Assembly: GCF_000007185.1 (NCBI RefSeq)
Contig: NC_003551.1
Span: forward strand, 1,320,001-1,352,000
Direction: 5' to 3'
Length of the DNA stretch: 32,000 nt
DNA from: Methanopyrus kandleri AV19
GTDB lineage: Archaea > JAADCQ01 > Methanopyri > Methanopyrales > Methanopyraceae
Of the stretch, positions 24,729 to 32,000 are shown piece after piece. Below the pieces are notes generated by a model. That model worked only from the letters and a program-made list of their open reading frames with translations. It ran no database searches and was not told the origin of the DNA. The translations under genes and the position numbers were made by a program. The stretch's first letter is position 1. Every line of letters begins with the position of its first letter.

Positions 24729-25228
24729 TCTCCGTGGTGCCCTGGCTCGCGTTGTTCGCCTTCCCGTACTGGTACCTGGCGCGCCACGCGCTCCCCTACG
24801 TGGATGGGCCACTGAGGTTCGAGCTGACGCGGAGGCTCGGGACGATGGGTGCGGTCACGGGGCTCTGGTGTCTCCTGGCACCGCTCGTCGTGGGGATGTA
24901 CGCGCCCGCCGTCGCGATACCAGCGGCGGCGGTGTCCATCGTGCCGGCGGTCAGGGCCGTGATGGCGTGTCTGCGCGCCCCCTCGGAGTTCACCATCGCC
25001 CTGATGAACGTGGGGACGTGGGCGCGACGGACGTCCGCCGCGGGTGCGTGCGTCGCGCTGGTCGCGACCGCGCTGGCGGGTCCGGTGGTGGGTGGCCTCG
25101 CGGAGCTGGCCTCGGCCGTTGCGTGCGCGTACGTCGTCTCGAGCAGGGTGGGGATCGCCTCTCACCTGGCTAAGAGGGTCTGGATACCGACCGACAGGTG
25201 TTCCGGGCAGCGACCGGCGAAGGGATAG
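24701..25228 (+). CDS. hypothetical polytopic membrane protein
   Basis: GTG 24701 within track ORF 24416..25228, overlapping the upstream gene end by 28 nt. It reads VLCGVGVGLISVVPWLALFAFPYWYL…AVTGLWCLLAPLVVGMYAPAVAIPAAAVSIVPAV…ACVALVATALAGPVVGGLAELASAVACAYVV. The upstream part of the track ORF is Gly/Arg junk. Confidence 0.55.
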   Translation: MLCGVGVGLISVVPWLALFAFPYWYLARHALPYVDGPLRFELTRRLGTMGAVTGLWCLLAPLVVGMYAPAVAIPAAAVSIVPAVRAVMACLRAPSEFTIALMNVGTWARRTSAAGACVALVATALAGPVVGGLAELASAVACAYVVSSRVGIASHLAKRVWIPTDRCSGQRPAKG

Positions 25229-25307
25229 TGCGGGCGCGTTTCCGCGCTCTCTCCCCCTGGGGAAGGGGGTGCGGGTCGGTGACGCGGGTTCCCCGTTCGG
25301 GCGGGCC

Positions 25308-25586
25308 TCATCCCCGATCCCGACGTCCGCTCTCGAGCCGCTGGACGTGCAGCGGGTCGATCCGGTTGAAGAACTCCTTCAGGAGCGCGACCTCGGCGGC
25401 GGTCAGCCTGAACCCGGTCCACTCCCAGGAACCGTCCTCCCGTTCACCGTACCGCACGAACACGCCACCGTCCGGATCGTAGCGGAGGATCAGGGCTCGG
25501 GCCTTACCCTCCTGATCGCGGAAGATGGGCACCTCGGTGGACTCCACGACACCCACTCCCCGGGACACCGATCCCGACCACGCCAT
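25308..25586 (-). CDS. hypothetical small protein (92 aa), downstream partner of the AAA+ ATPase
   Basis: The ATG lies 21 nt after the ATPase stop, with gaggggga in between (SD-like). GC3 is high. No family recognised. Confidence 0.55.
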   Translation of the reverse strand: MAWSGSVSRGVGVVESTEVPIFRDQEGKARALILRYDPDGGVFVRYGEREDGSWEWTGFRLTAAEVALLKEFFNRIDPLHVQRLESGRRDRG

Positions 25587-25607
25587 ATGGTTTGGGGTGT
25601 CCCCCTC

Positions 25608-26639
25608 TTAACCCACCACGTCCTCGAACCTCAGATCGAGGTCGTCCTCGGACGCTATCGTCTCGTAGGCGATCTTCGGTCCCGGGATCTTGCCCTCGGC
25701 GCACCACTGGGAGTAGTTGTTCATCAGCGCGTTCACCCACGCGTGCACGAGGCACTCGACGTCATCCTCCGGGGCTTCCAGGTCGCAGAGGGCGTAGTAC
25801 TCCCGGACCACGTCGGCGACGGCCTCCGGACCGCCGAACGCAATCACGGTGTCCGCGAACCTGTTGATCTTGTCCTGGACGTAGGCCATCGCGATCTTCC
25901 GGGCGAGTCCGGCACCCGCCCCGATCGGGAACCGTTTAGCCGCCTCCAGGAGAGCCGCCGCGAACGCCTCGCGGAGCTCGCGGAGGTACCCCCTGAAGAT
26001 CTCCTCGGCAAACTCGCCGGAAACGAACGGTCCCTCCGCGGCGCATCCGGCCAGGTGCACGGCCTGGACGTCCCAGGAGATCCGCTCGTACAGCGCCTCG
26101 ACGGCGCGGGGATCCACGGCGCCGCTGAGGACCCGATCCCGGATGTCGCCACCTACCCCACCGATGTACTGCATACGGCCCAGGAACCGGATCAGATCCA
26201 CCTCGGGGAACGCCGGGACGGCGCGCCCCGCGAACAGGAACCGGCGGTTGTGCCTGACCGTACGTAGCTCCCCGTGCGCCACCACCTCCAGCCTGAAGTC
26301 GAGGACCTCGAGGACGAGCTTCCGGACCTCCGGCGAGCCGATGGAATCGCACTCGTCCCATCCGACGAACCCGGCGGGGTAGTGCAGCACGACGCCCGGA
26401 CGGTCGGTGCGCTCGTCCCACACCATCGCCTCTCGGGTCACGCCCTCCCCGGACACCACGGCGACGCTGAAGGCGTCGAGGAACGTGGTCTTGCCCGCCC
26501 CCGGCCCGTCGACGAAGCACATGTGTCCACGGAGGTTCAGGGCCAGGCCGACGGCGCGGACAGGGTCGAAGAAGAACCCCAACGCCTCGACGACCTTCCT
26601 CAGGTCGGCGTCCGGACAGAGGTCACGGTCCACCGCCAC
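25608..26639 (-). CDS. AAA+-type P-loop ATPase (motif order resembles the MCM/Mg-chelatase clade)
   Basis: Walker A FVDGPGAGKTTFL; Walker B GFVGWDECDS, followed by KLVLEVLDFRLEVVAHGELRTVRHNRRFLFAGR. This parallels DEfDk…alhEamEqq…i.kaG…l.aR..vlAaaN. The C-terminal half is helical. Clade assignment is from motif order only. Confidence 0.75.
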   Translation of the reverse strand: MAVDRDLCPDADLRKVVEALGFFFDPVRAVGLALNLRGHMCFVDGPGAGKTTFLDAFSVAVVSGEGVTREAMVWDERTDRPGVVLHYPAGFVGWDECDSIGSPEVRKLVLEVLDFRLEVVAHGELRTVRHNRRFLFAGRAVPAFPEVDLIRFLGRMQYIGGVGGDIRDRVLSGAVDPRAVEALYERISWDVQAVHLAGCAAEGPFVSGEFAEEIFRGYLRELREAFAAALLEAAKRFPIGAGAGLARKIAMAYVQDKINRFADTVIAFGGPEAVADVVREYYALCDLEAPEDDVECLVHAWVNALMNNYSQWCAEGKIPGPKIAYETIASEDDLDLRFEDVVG

Positions 26640-26856
26640 GACCCCGTTTCAACGTGTTCGTCGTCCGTAGAGACGTGCGACGAGTCACCGTGGGTGCTGG
26701 GGTACCGTGTCGAAAAGTGGATGAGGTCGGGGGCAGGATATCACCGTTTCCGGGTAAGGCCGCCGGCCCTTGAAACCCGCCGGCGATGGGAACTGAACTC
26801 TCGTGTCGGCGATGGGTCCCGACGGCTCCGTAGGAGCGTCATCCTCAACCCGGGTT

Positions 26857-29166
26857 CTAGAGCGGTAGACTCCCCTGCGCCACCGTCAGCGCACCCAGGA
26901 GGAAGATCACGCAGTAGCCGACCAGTCGGGTCACAGGCTTCAGCGCCTCGCGAAGCGGGGAGGGTAACGAGTCGACCACGAGCTCGCCCAGGAAGTTCGC
27001 GACGACGGTCAACGGCGAGCCCGTGTCGCCCCCGAAGGCGGTAGACACCCAGTAGAGGAGCAGCGGCGTGAGTAGCAGCCCGACCAGTACCTCCAGCGGC
27101 TTTGGTCTCCGATCCCAACCCCTCCGCGGTTCGAACTTCCGGAACCCCTTCAGGTCCTCGAACTCCTCCACCACGAGCCACTCGAAGCCGCCGGCCTCCT
27201 TCCGGTCGTAGTAGCTCGAACCGAGCACCGTCCCACCGCCGACGACGGGTATCACCAGCTTGCCGTTTTTCATCGGTACGATCGCACGGATCACCAGGAG
27301 TCGATCGGGCGATACGTCGACGCGGACCACCCTGTACTCGACGGTTCCGATGTCGGGTACGTTCATCTCACCCTCCCGAACCACTCGATACTGGACCGGC
27401 TGGAATCCCGGCGCGAGTACGCCCGTGTACGCGTCCCGGTACGCGTCCCTCGGGACCGTCCCGTACTTGAGAATTTTCGAGCCCGCGGGCAGGGGGATCT
27501 CGGGTACCGTCGCGACCACGTCCACGAGGACCTCGTCCCCGCGCACCGACCTCACGATCACCGTCTCCGGACCCTCGGAGAGACGTCGGAGCTCCTTCTC
27601 CCACAGCTGCTCCGTGTTCAGGCGCGTTCCCCACGACCCCTCGACGTTCAGGAGCAGCAGGAACAGGTCGGGGTGCAGGGAGCGCAGCAACTCGGAGTTG
27701 GCGTACGAGGCGTACCACCGATCGCCCGCCCGGACCAGCGCCGGGATCGGATCACCGAAGGGGTGGAGGAGCAGGCTCGACGTGACGCCCAGCGGTAGGT
27801 ACCGCCACCCCGCCGGTACTAGCAGGTCCAGGTACAGGAACGAGTCGTCGTCCGCCCGCACGCGCAGCGCCAGGACCCCGTCGAGCAGGGGCTTCATCGC
27901 CCGACCGAGCCGGGACTCGAGGAAGAGGTCGCGTCGCGTGCGGAACTCCTCGTCCCACCAGGTTATCACGCTGACCTCCTCCGGCAGCTCGAAGGTCGTC
28001 TCGGCCGTCTCCGGGGCCGGCGAGTGGTTCCGCTCGCACCACGCCCTCACGTCGCCCGCGGTGGCCGAGCTGAGGACGGCGTCCGCGGGCACGACCGCCG
28101 CCGTCTCGATCCGGGCCTCCCGCGGCACGTAGACGGTGCCCTCGGTGCCCGGCCAGAGCCGTACGAACACGTGGACCTCGTGGAGGTTACCCTTCATCCC
28201 ACCGTCCAACACGGTGATCTGGGAGACGAACACGGGGGGCGGCGGTGAAGGCGGGAGGATCCTCGGGTTGGCGTGCGCGGCCGCCGGCAGGAGCGCGATC
28301 GCCGCGAGCAGCACCGCGAGCCGTCGACGCCTCACCGGGAGTGGAACGAGGGCCGGGAAGAGGTGATAACGGTACGGTGGACCTTCTCTTTCCCATCCCC
28401 AGTAGTTCACCTTCACCGGCCAGTACTCGTACTCCCTGAGGTCTTCGAGGCCGAAGGCGACGAGGGCCGGCTCGAAGGTGGGGACGTTGACGCCCTGCTC
28501 GATGACGAACCCGTAATCCGTCGGCTCGAGGTAGTACGAGTGTCTGTTGTCGGACTCGTACGTCGCCGCGTTGAACTCGTAACCCGGAACGAGGTACATG
28601 AGCAGGTGGTTGCTGACGAGCCGCGCCCGCACCTCGACGACGAGCAGCCCCGGGTCGACCCGGGCCTCCAGTACGGGGATATCGGCGTAGCCCCGCTCCA
28701 GGAGGCCCGCGAACGCGTTCCTCACGGTCTCGGGTATCCCGTCGATCGGAACCCGGACCGGCCAGTCGTCGCCGACGGGGGCGTAGAGCCGGTCGCGCCA
28801 CTCGAGCCCCTCCGAGGTCAGCCGCCAGTCCCGGACCTCGTGGCGTCCCCATTCCGACCGCGGTGGCAGGGCCAGCCCGTCGACCGTCCGGAGCTCGTCC
28901 GCGGCGAACCAGTACACTCCCCGGACCTCGGAGTTCAGGGGCAGGTAGACCCGGACGGTCCCGGGTTTCGACACGTACACCAGGTAGAGGATGTCCGCGT
29001 GGTCCTCGTCCGGCGGTCCCTCGAAGAACACGTCTACCGTGGGGGTCGCGGCCGCGGGTTGCGCGGCCAGGAGCAGCGCCAGGAGCGCCAGCACGGGTTG
29101 CCCTTCCCCCGCGGCTTGAAGGTATCCATACCCACTTAACGTTAACTCCCGACCCGTTGACCTCAA
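26857..29166 (-). CDS. large secreted/membrane protein built of two signal-peptide-led modules, with C-terminal TM helices
   Basis: The N-terminus has VLALLALLLAAQPAAA. An internal PALVPLPVRRRR is followed directly by LAVLLAAIALLPAAAHA (GTG at 28335). The C-terminus has two hydrophobic helices (LVGLLLTPLLLYWVSTAF…, YCVIFLLGALTVA). Each module begins with a …PGT.V.VY.P…-type strand pattern related to the 9452 and 29240 paralogues. Confidence 0.75.
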   Translation of the reverse strand: MRSTGRELTLSGYGYLQAAGEGQPVLALLALLLAAQPAAATPTVDVFFEGPPDEDHADILYLVYVSKPGTVRVYLPLNSEVRGVYWFAADELRTVDGLALPPRSEWGRHEVRDWRLTSEGLEWRDRLYAPVGDDWPVRVPIDGIPETVRNAFAGLLERGYADIPVLEARVDPGLLVVEVRARLVSNHLLMYLVPGYEFNAATYESDNRHSYYLEPTDYGFVIEQGVNVPTFEPALVAFGLEDLREYEYWPVKVNYWGWEREGPPYRYHLFPALVPLPVRRRRLAVLLAAIALLPAAAHANPRILPPSPPPPVFVSQITVLDGGMKGNLHEVHVFVRLWPGTEGTVYVPREARIETAAVVPADAVLSSATAGDVRAWCERNHSPAPETAETTFELPEEVSVITWWDEEFRTRRDLFLESRLGRAMKPLLDGVLALRVRADDDSFLYLDLLVPAGWRYLPLGVTSSLLLHPFGDPIPALVRAGDRWYASYANSELLRSLHPDLFLLLLNVEGSWGTRLNTEQLWEKELRRLSEGPETVIVRSVRGDEVLVDVVATVPEIPLPAGSKILKYGTVPRDAYRDAYTGVLAPGFQPVQYRVVREGEMNVPDIGTVEYRVVRVDVSPDRLLVIRAIVPMKNGKLVIPVVGGGTVLGSSYYDRKEAGGFEWLVVEEFEDLKGFRKFEPRRGWDRRPKPLEVLVGLLLTPLLLYWVSTAFGGDTGSPLTVVANFLGELVVDSLPSPLREALKPVTRLVGYCVIFLLGALTVAQGSLPL

Positions 29167-29239
29167 TTCGGGAAAAGATAATGCTTCGTGATCATGTTTA
29201 CGGTTTCCGAAAGAGCGAACCGGGGCGCGAGGGGGGAGA

Positions 29240-30568
29240 TCAGGCTCGGGCCCGGCGCCTCGGTGGGATCACCGGGACCACCGGGATCGGGAGCTTGCAC
29301 CTCTTGCCGCGTCCCTCCACGCGGAACGTCGCCGAGGTCTTCCCGTTACCGTACGGACCCTCGTACTCCACGAATAGGGTGTAATAACCGGGCTTCTCCG
29401 GCGCGCGGAACCGGAACTCCACCCATCCCTCGAAGCCGCTTCCCTCGGGTAACTTCACCTCGCCCAGCTCCATGACCGACCCGTGCTCGTCCCTCAGCTC
29501 GAACCTCAGGACGCCCTCTTCCGGTGCGTAGGACCACGGCTCCGGGTACGGCCGGACGAAGACGGTCACCGTGGAACCCGCGTCCACGCGCTCCGGTACC
29601 AGCAGGTCGAAGCTCACCTCCACCCGTTCCACGCCGATCACCGCGACCACGGGCACGTACGGGAACCCGAACCTCTGGGTGACCTGCGGCCACTCCTTCT
29701 CGATGACCTCCTCACGCTGGTGCTTCCACTTCTCGTAATCCTCCGCCGGTGAAACGTCGGCGAGCACGGCCACCCGAGCCTCCGGGAACACCAGCATCAG
29801 GTGGTCCGTGAGGCGAGCTTGACAGGTGTCCCAGCCCGGCGCGGCCGAGGATTTAGTGACGACGCCCTCCGGCCACGCGAAGAGCTCGACACCCACGTCC
29901 AACGTCTCGGAGCCGCTCCTGACGTAGAAGCTGTTGTCGTAGCCCGGCTGCGCCGGGATCGGCCATTCGATGACACCGTAGGAGTACTCCGATCGTAACG
30001 CATCGTCGTAGTGCTTCGGGTAGTACATCCGGAGGTTCGGTACCCGGTGCAGCGCCGGGATCCTGAGCTTCAGGACCAGTAGCGAGTAGGAGAACGGCTT
30101 CCCGGGGTCGTGCTCCGGCGTCACCTCGAAGTCGAGCTGGGTCCACTTCCAGGTCTCATCTAGGAACTCCCACGTGACCTCGGTCTGACCCTTGGGTTTC
30201 ACCTTCACGCTCTCGAACCTCGACGGATCGCTCAGGACCTCCGACGGACTCCGGTCCGAGACCTTCGGGTAGAACCTGGCCTCGAGCACCTCCGTACCCT
30301 GCGGTAGGAGCACGTGCACCGTCACCGGCTTCCCGGGCTCCTTGGCCTTGATAACCGCCATGTACGTCGCGTCCACGTAGTCGAGGACCTTCACGGTATC
30401 ACCGTGCTCCGTGGTCACCTCCTTCTCGTGGACGTCCTCGATGACGAGGTGGCTCTGCACGCCCACGTCCAGCAGCGCCTCCGGATCCGTCCACGAGTCA
30501 CCGTGAACGGGTAACGGTAGAACCAAGACGACGATCGGGACGATCGCCGGCGAAAGGACACGTCTCAC
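29240..30568 (-). CDS. secreted/cell-surface protein, paralogue of 9452..10918
   Basis: GTG 30568 is preceded by gggggtgag and gives VRRVLSPAIVPIVVLVLPLPVHG (signal peptide). It is collinear with 9452..10918 and ends …WVEFRFRAPEKPGYYTLFVEYEGPYG…LPIPVVPVIPPRRRARA. The track ORF's extra N-terminus (to 30817) is Arg/Pro junk. Confidence 0.8.
   Translation of the reverse strand: MRRVLSPAIVPIVVLVLPLPVHGDSWTDPEALLDVGVQSHLVIEDVHEKEVTTEHGDTVKVLDYVDATYMAVIKAKEPGKPVTVHVLLPQGTEVLEARFYPKVSDRSPSEVLSDPSRFESVKVKPKGQTEVTWEFLDETWKWTQLDFEVTPEHDPGKPFSYSLLVLKLRIPALHRVPNLRMYYPKHYDDALRSEYSYGVIEWPIPAQPGYDNSFYVRSGSETLDVGVELFAWPEGVVTKSSAAPGWDTCQARLTDHLMLVFPEARVAVLADVSPAEDYEKWKHQREEVIEKEWPQVTQRFGFPYVPVVAVIGVERVEVSFDLLVPERVDAGSTVTVFVRPYPEPWSYAPEEGVLRFELRDEHGSVMELGEVKLPEGSGFEGWVEFRFRAPEKPGYYTLFVEYEGPYGNGKTSATFRVEGRGKRCKLPIPVVPVIPPRRRARA
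30128..30181. repeat. 54-nt stretch identical to 10469..10522
   Basis: See the feature at 10469..10522. Confidence 0.9.
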
Positions 30569-31002
30569 GTTCTCACCCCCGAAGTGGATCGTCGGAAGCT
30601 CCGACACTAAAGTTTTCGGTAACTCATCTCCGGGGTCGTGGGTCTTCCAGCGTGATGTGTACCCGGGAATCCGCGGGTGCCGCCGTGGGCACGGTCCCGT
30701 CCCCGGCGTGGTGCGCCGGCGCTCCCGCGTTCCTCCCGCGGGGGGCACGGGGGGTGGGGACTCCCCGGTACCCGCCCAGGACTCCCGGGACGCCCTCCGA
30801 CGGTTCCCTGTCCGCAAGGTCTATCCTCGGCATCGTCACCGTCCCAGTTCTCCCGGCGCGGACCGGTGGGGGCGCAATCGCGGGTGGACGGGACGGGCGT
30901 ACGTCGGTCCCTCGTGCGTGCGGTCGCGTTCTCGGTACTGACTACACACTCCGGCTCGTTCCTCACCCCGTAGAGTAGGGTCGAGAGACTCGCCCCGACA
31001 CT

Positions 31003-31692
31003 GTGGGGGGAAGGGTCGAATGGTGGCCGGAGCCTCCGAGTGGCGGAAGACGTGCGAGGGAGTCCGGTCCCGCGATAGGAAGATCGGTCCTGTTACTCGC
31101 GATCCCGCTGCTCTTGATGGTGTCTCCCGTCTCGGGTGTCACTGTTTACGTTCCGGACGTCGTCGATGGTGCGTTCTCGTTGGAGAAGGAGGGGTTGGAG
31201 CACGCTACTCCGGTGGTCACGAGCGGGCCCGTCGAACGCTTCAACACGTTCGAGAACATGGTCGTCGATTACGAGTACGTATCGGTTTCCGATAATCACG
31301 ACCTCGTCGTTTGCAGTAACCCGTTCGACGAGATCGACGTGAGGATCACCCCGGAGGGAATCCGCGTCGAGTACCAGACGTCTCGTGGGACCGTCCGACG
31401 CTCGCTGTCCTTCAACCCCGAGCACACGTACCTCGTACTCGGACTCCAGGGCCTCCGCACGATCCCCGTCGAACCCCAGCAGGGAGGCGGCGAGTTACCC
31501 GTACTCATCATCCACGATCACAGGGTCTACGAGCCCACCACGTACTTCCCATCCCCCATCCTCGGGCGCTACGCCCGGGACGTCACCCCACTCGCTCAGG
31601 CCGTCGAACTCATGGGAGGCTACGACCTCCTTGTCAGGCTAGAGGTCGATGGTAGCACCGTGGCCTTCGATCTCGTGAAATCCGACGGGTAG
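31003..31692 (+). CDS. hypothetical secreted protein
   Basis: GTG-start ORF with a basic n-region and hydrophobic core (GRSVLLLAIPLLLMVSPVSG), followed by beta-rich sequence. No other in-frame start exists before the signal peptide. Confidence 0.6.
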   Translation: MGGRVEWWPEPPSGGRRARESGPAIGRSVLLLAIPLLLMVSPVSGVTVYVPDVVDGAFSLEKEGLEHATPVVTSGPVERFNTFENMVVDYEYVSVSDNHDLVVCSNPFDEIDVRITPEGIRVEYQTSRGTVRRSLSFNPEHTYLVLGLQGLRTIPVEPQQGGGELPVLIIHDHRVYEPTTYFPSPILGRYARDVTPLAQAVELMGGYDLLVRLEVDGSTVAFDLVKSDG

Positions 31693-31716
31693 GGCGCCTA
31701 CCGGGTCGTCTGCGAT

Positions 31717-32000
31717 TTGAACACCGGGAAGGCATGGCGCGAGTCCCTACCACCCGAGGAAGCTCGGAAGCTCCTCGACCTGGCCCGGGAGGACCTGGCT
31801 AAGATCCCTCAGTTGAAGTCTGGCGAGCTCGAGGACGAGTCGGGACTCCGGCTGGTCGTTTACGACGTCACCGAGGATAAGGTCCTCCTATTGCTCGCAC
31901 GCCCGTCCCTCGAGTTCATCCGGGGGCATAACCCGAGACTCGCGGAACTCCTGCACGTACTCGAGAGCACAGCGGATAGCCTCCTCGAATGGGATATCTT
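31717..32000 (+). CDS. hypothetical protein, partial (runs off the right edge)
   Basis: Manual translation shows an open, high-GC3 frame from the TAG at 31690-31692 to the window end: …AWRESLPPEEARKLLDLAREDLAKIPQLKSGELEDESGLRLVVYDVTEDKVLLLLARPSLEFIRGHNPRLAELLHVLE…. The first possible start is TTG 31717. It is in the same frame as the preceding gene. Confidence 0.35.
   Translation, partial: MNTGKAWRESLPPEEARKLLDLAREDLAKIPQLKSGELEDESGLRLVVYDVTEDKVLLLLARPSLEFIRGHNPRLAELLHVLESTADSLLEWDI

Noticed and set aside
25044-26267. 407-aa plus-strand ORF opposite the AAA+ ATPase and its small partner
   Set aside because: It is antisense to a gene with Walker A/B motifs. The translation is Arg/Pro/Gly-rich and motif-free.
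26761-26785. 7-bp GC hairpin (cgccggc…gccggcg) 70 nt downstream of the 769-aa gene
   Set aside because: Archaeal termination mainly uses oligo-T tracts and none follows the hairpin. Short GC palindromes are expected by chance at this GC content.
30738-30768. G-run cluster as a G-quadruplex candidate
   Set aside because: Only three clear G-tracts fall within a suitable distance. G-runs are common in this GC-rich sequence.

Overview
GC-rich archaeal chromosome segment. It has AT-rich TATA-type promoters, frequent GTG/TTG starts, 4-nt start/stop overlaps and acidic proteins. From memory it resembles Methanopyrus, but I cannot verify that here. High GC produces many long Pro/Arg-rich antisense ORFs in the supplied track, which I rejected.

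The core is a CRISPR-Cas island. (i) A minus-strand cas1 - long Argonaute (pAgo) - cas2 operon lies at 4335-7787. (ii) A tiny, partly degenerate CRISPR array (four 36-nt repeats, 51- and 55-nt spacers) lies at 8407-8671 between two AT-rich blocks. (iii) A plus-strand type III-A operon, cas10-csm2-csm3-csm4-[CARF-HEPN csm6-like]-csm5, lies at about 11.2-19.1 kb. No cas6 is present in the window.

Two roughly 50%-identical secreted-protein paralogues (9452-10918 and 29240-30568, same strand) bracket the type III operon and everything downstream of it. They share a 54-nt identical DNA stretch.

Downstream of csm5 is a run of decayed genes: a doubly frameshifted polysaccharide-deacetylase-like gene, an ABC-transporter deletion remnant, and a split membrane-protein gene. 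After these come an MBL-fold hydrolase, a Roadblock/LC7 protein, hypothetical and membrane proteins, an AAA+ ATPase plus small-protein pair, and a 769-aa ORF that looks like two secreted-protein modules joined in frame.

The left end carries a P-loop NTPase that runs off the window and several small hypothetical genes. The most notable feature is the catalytically intact-looking pAgo nested inside the CRISPR adaptation operon.
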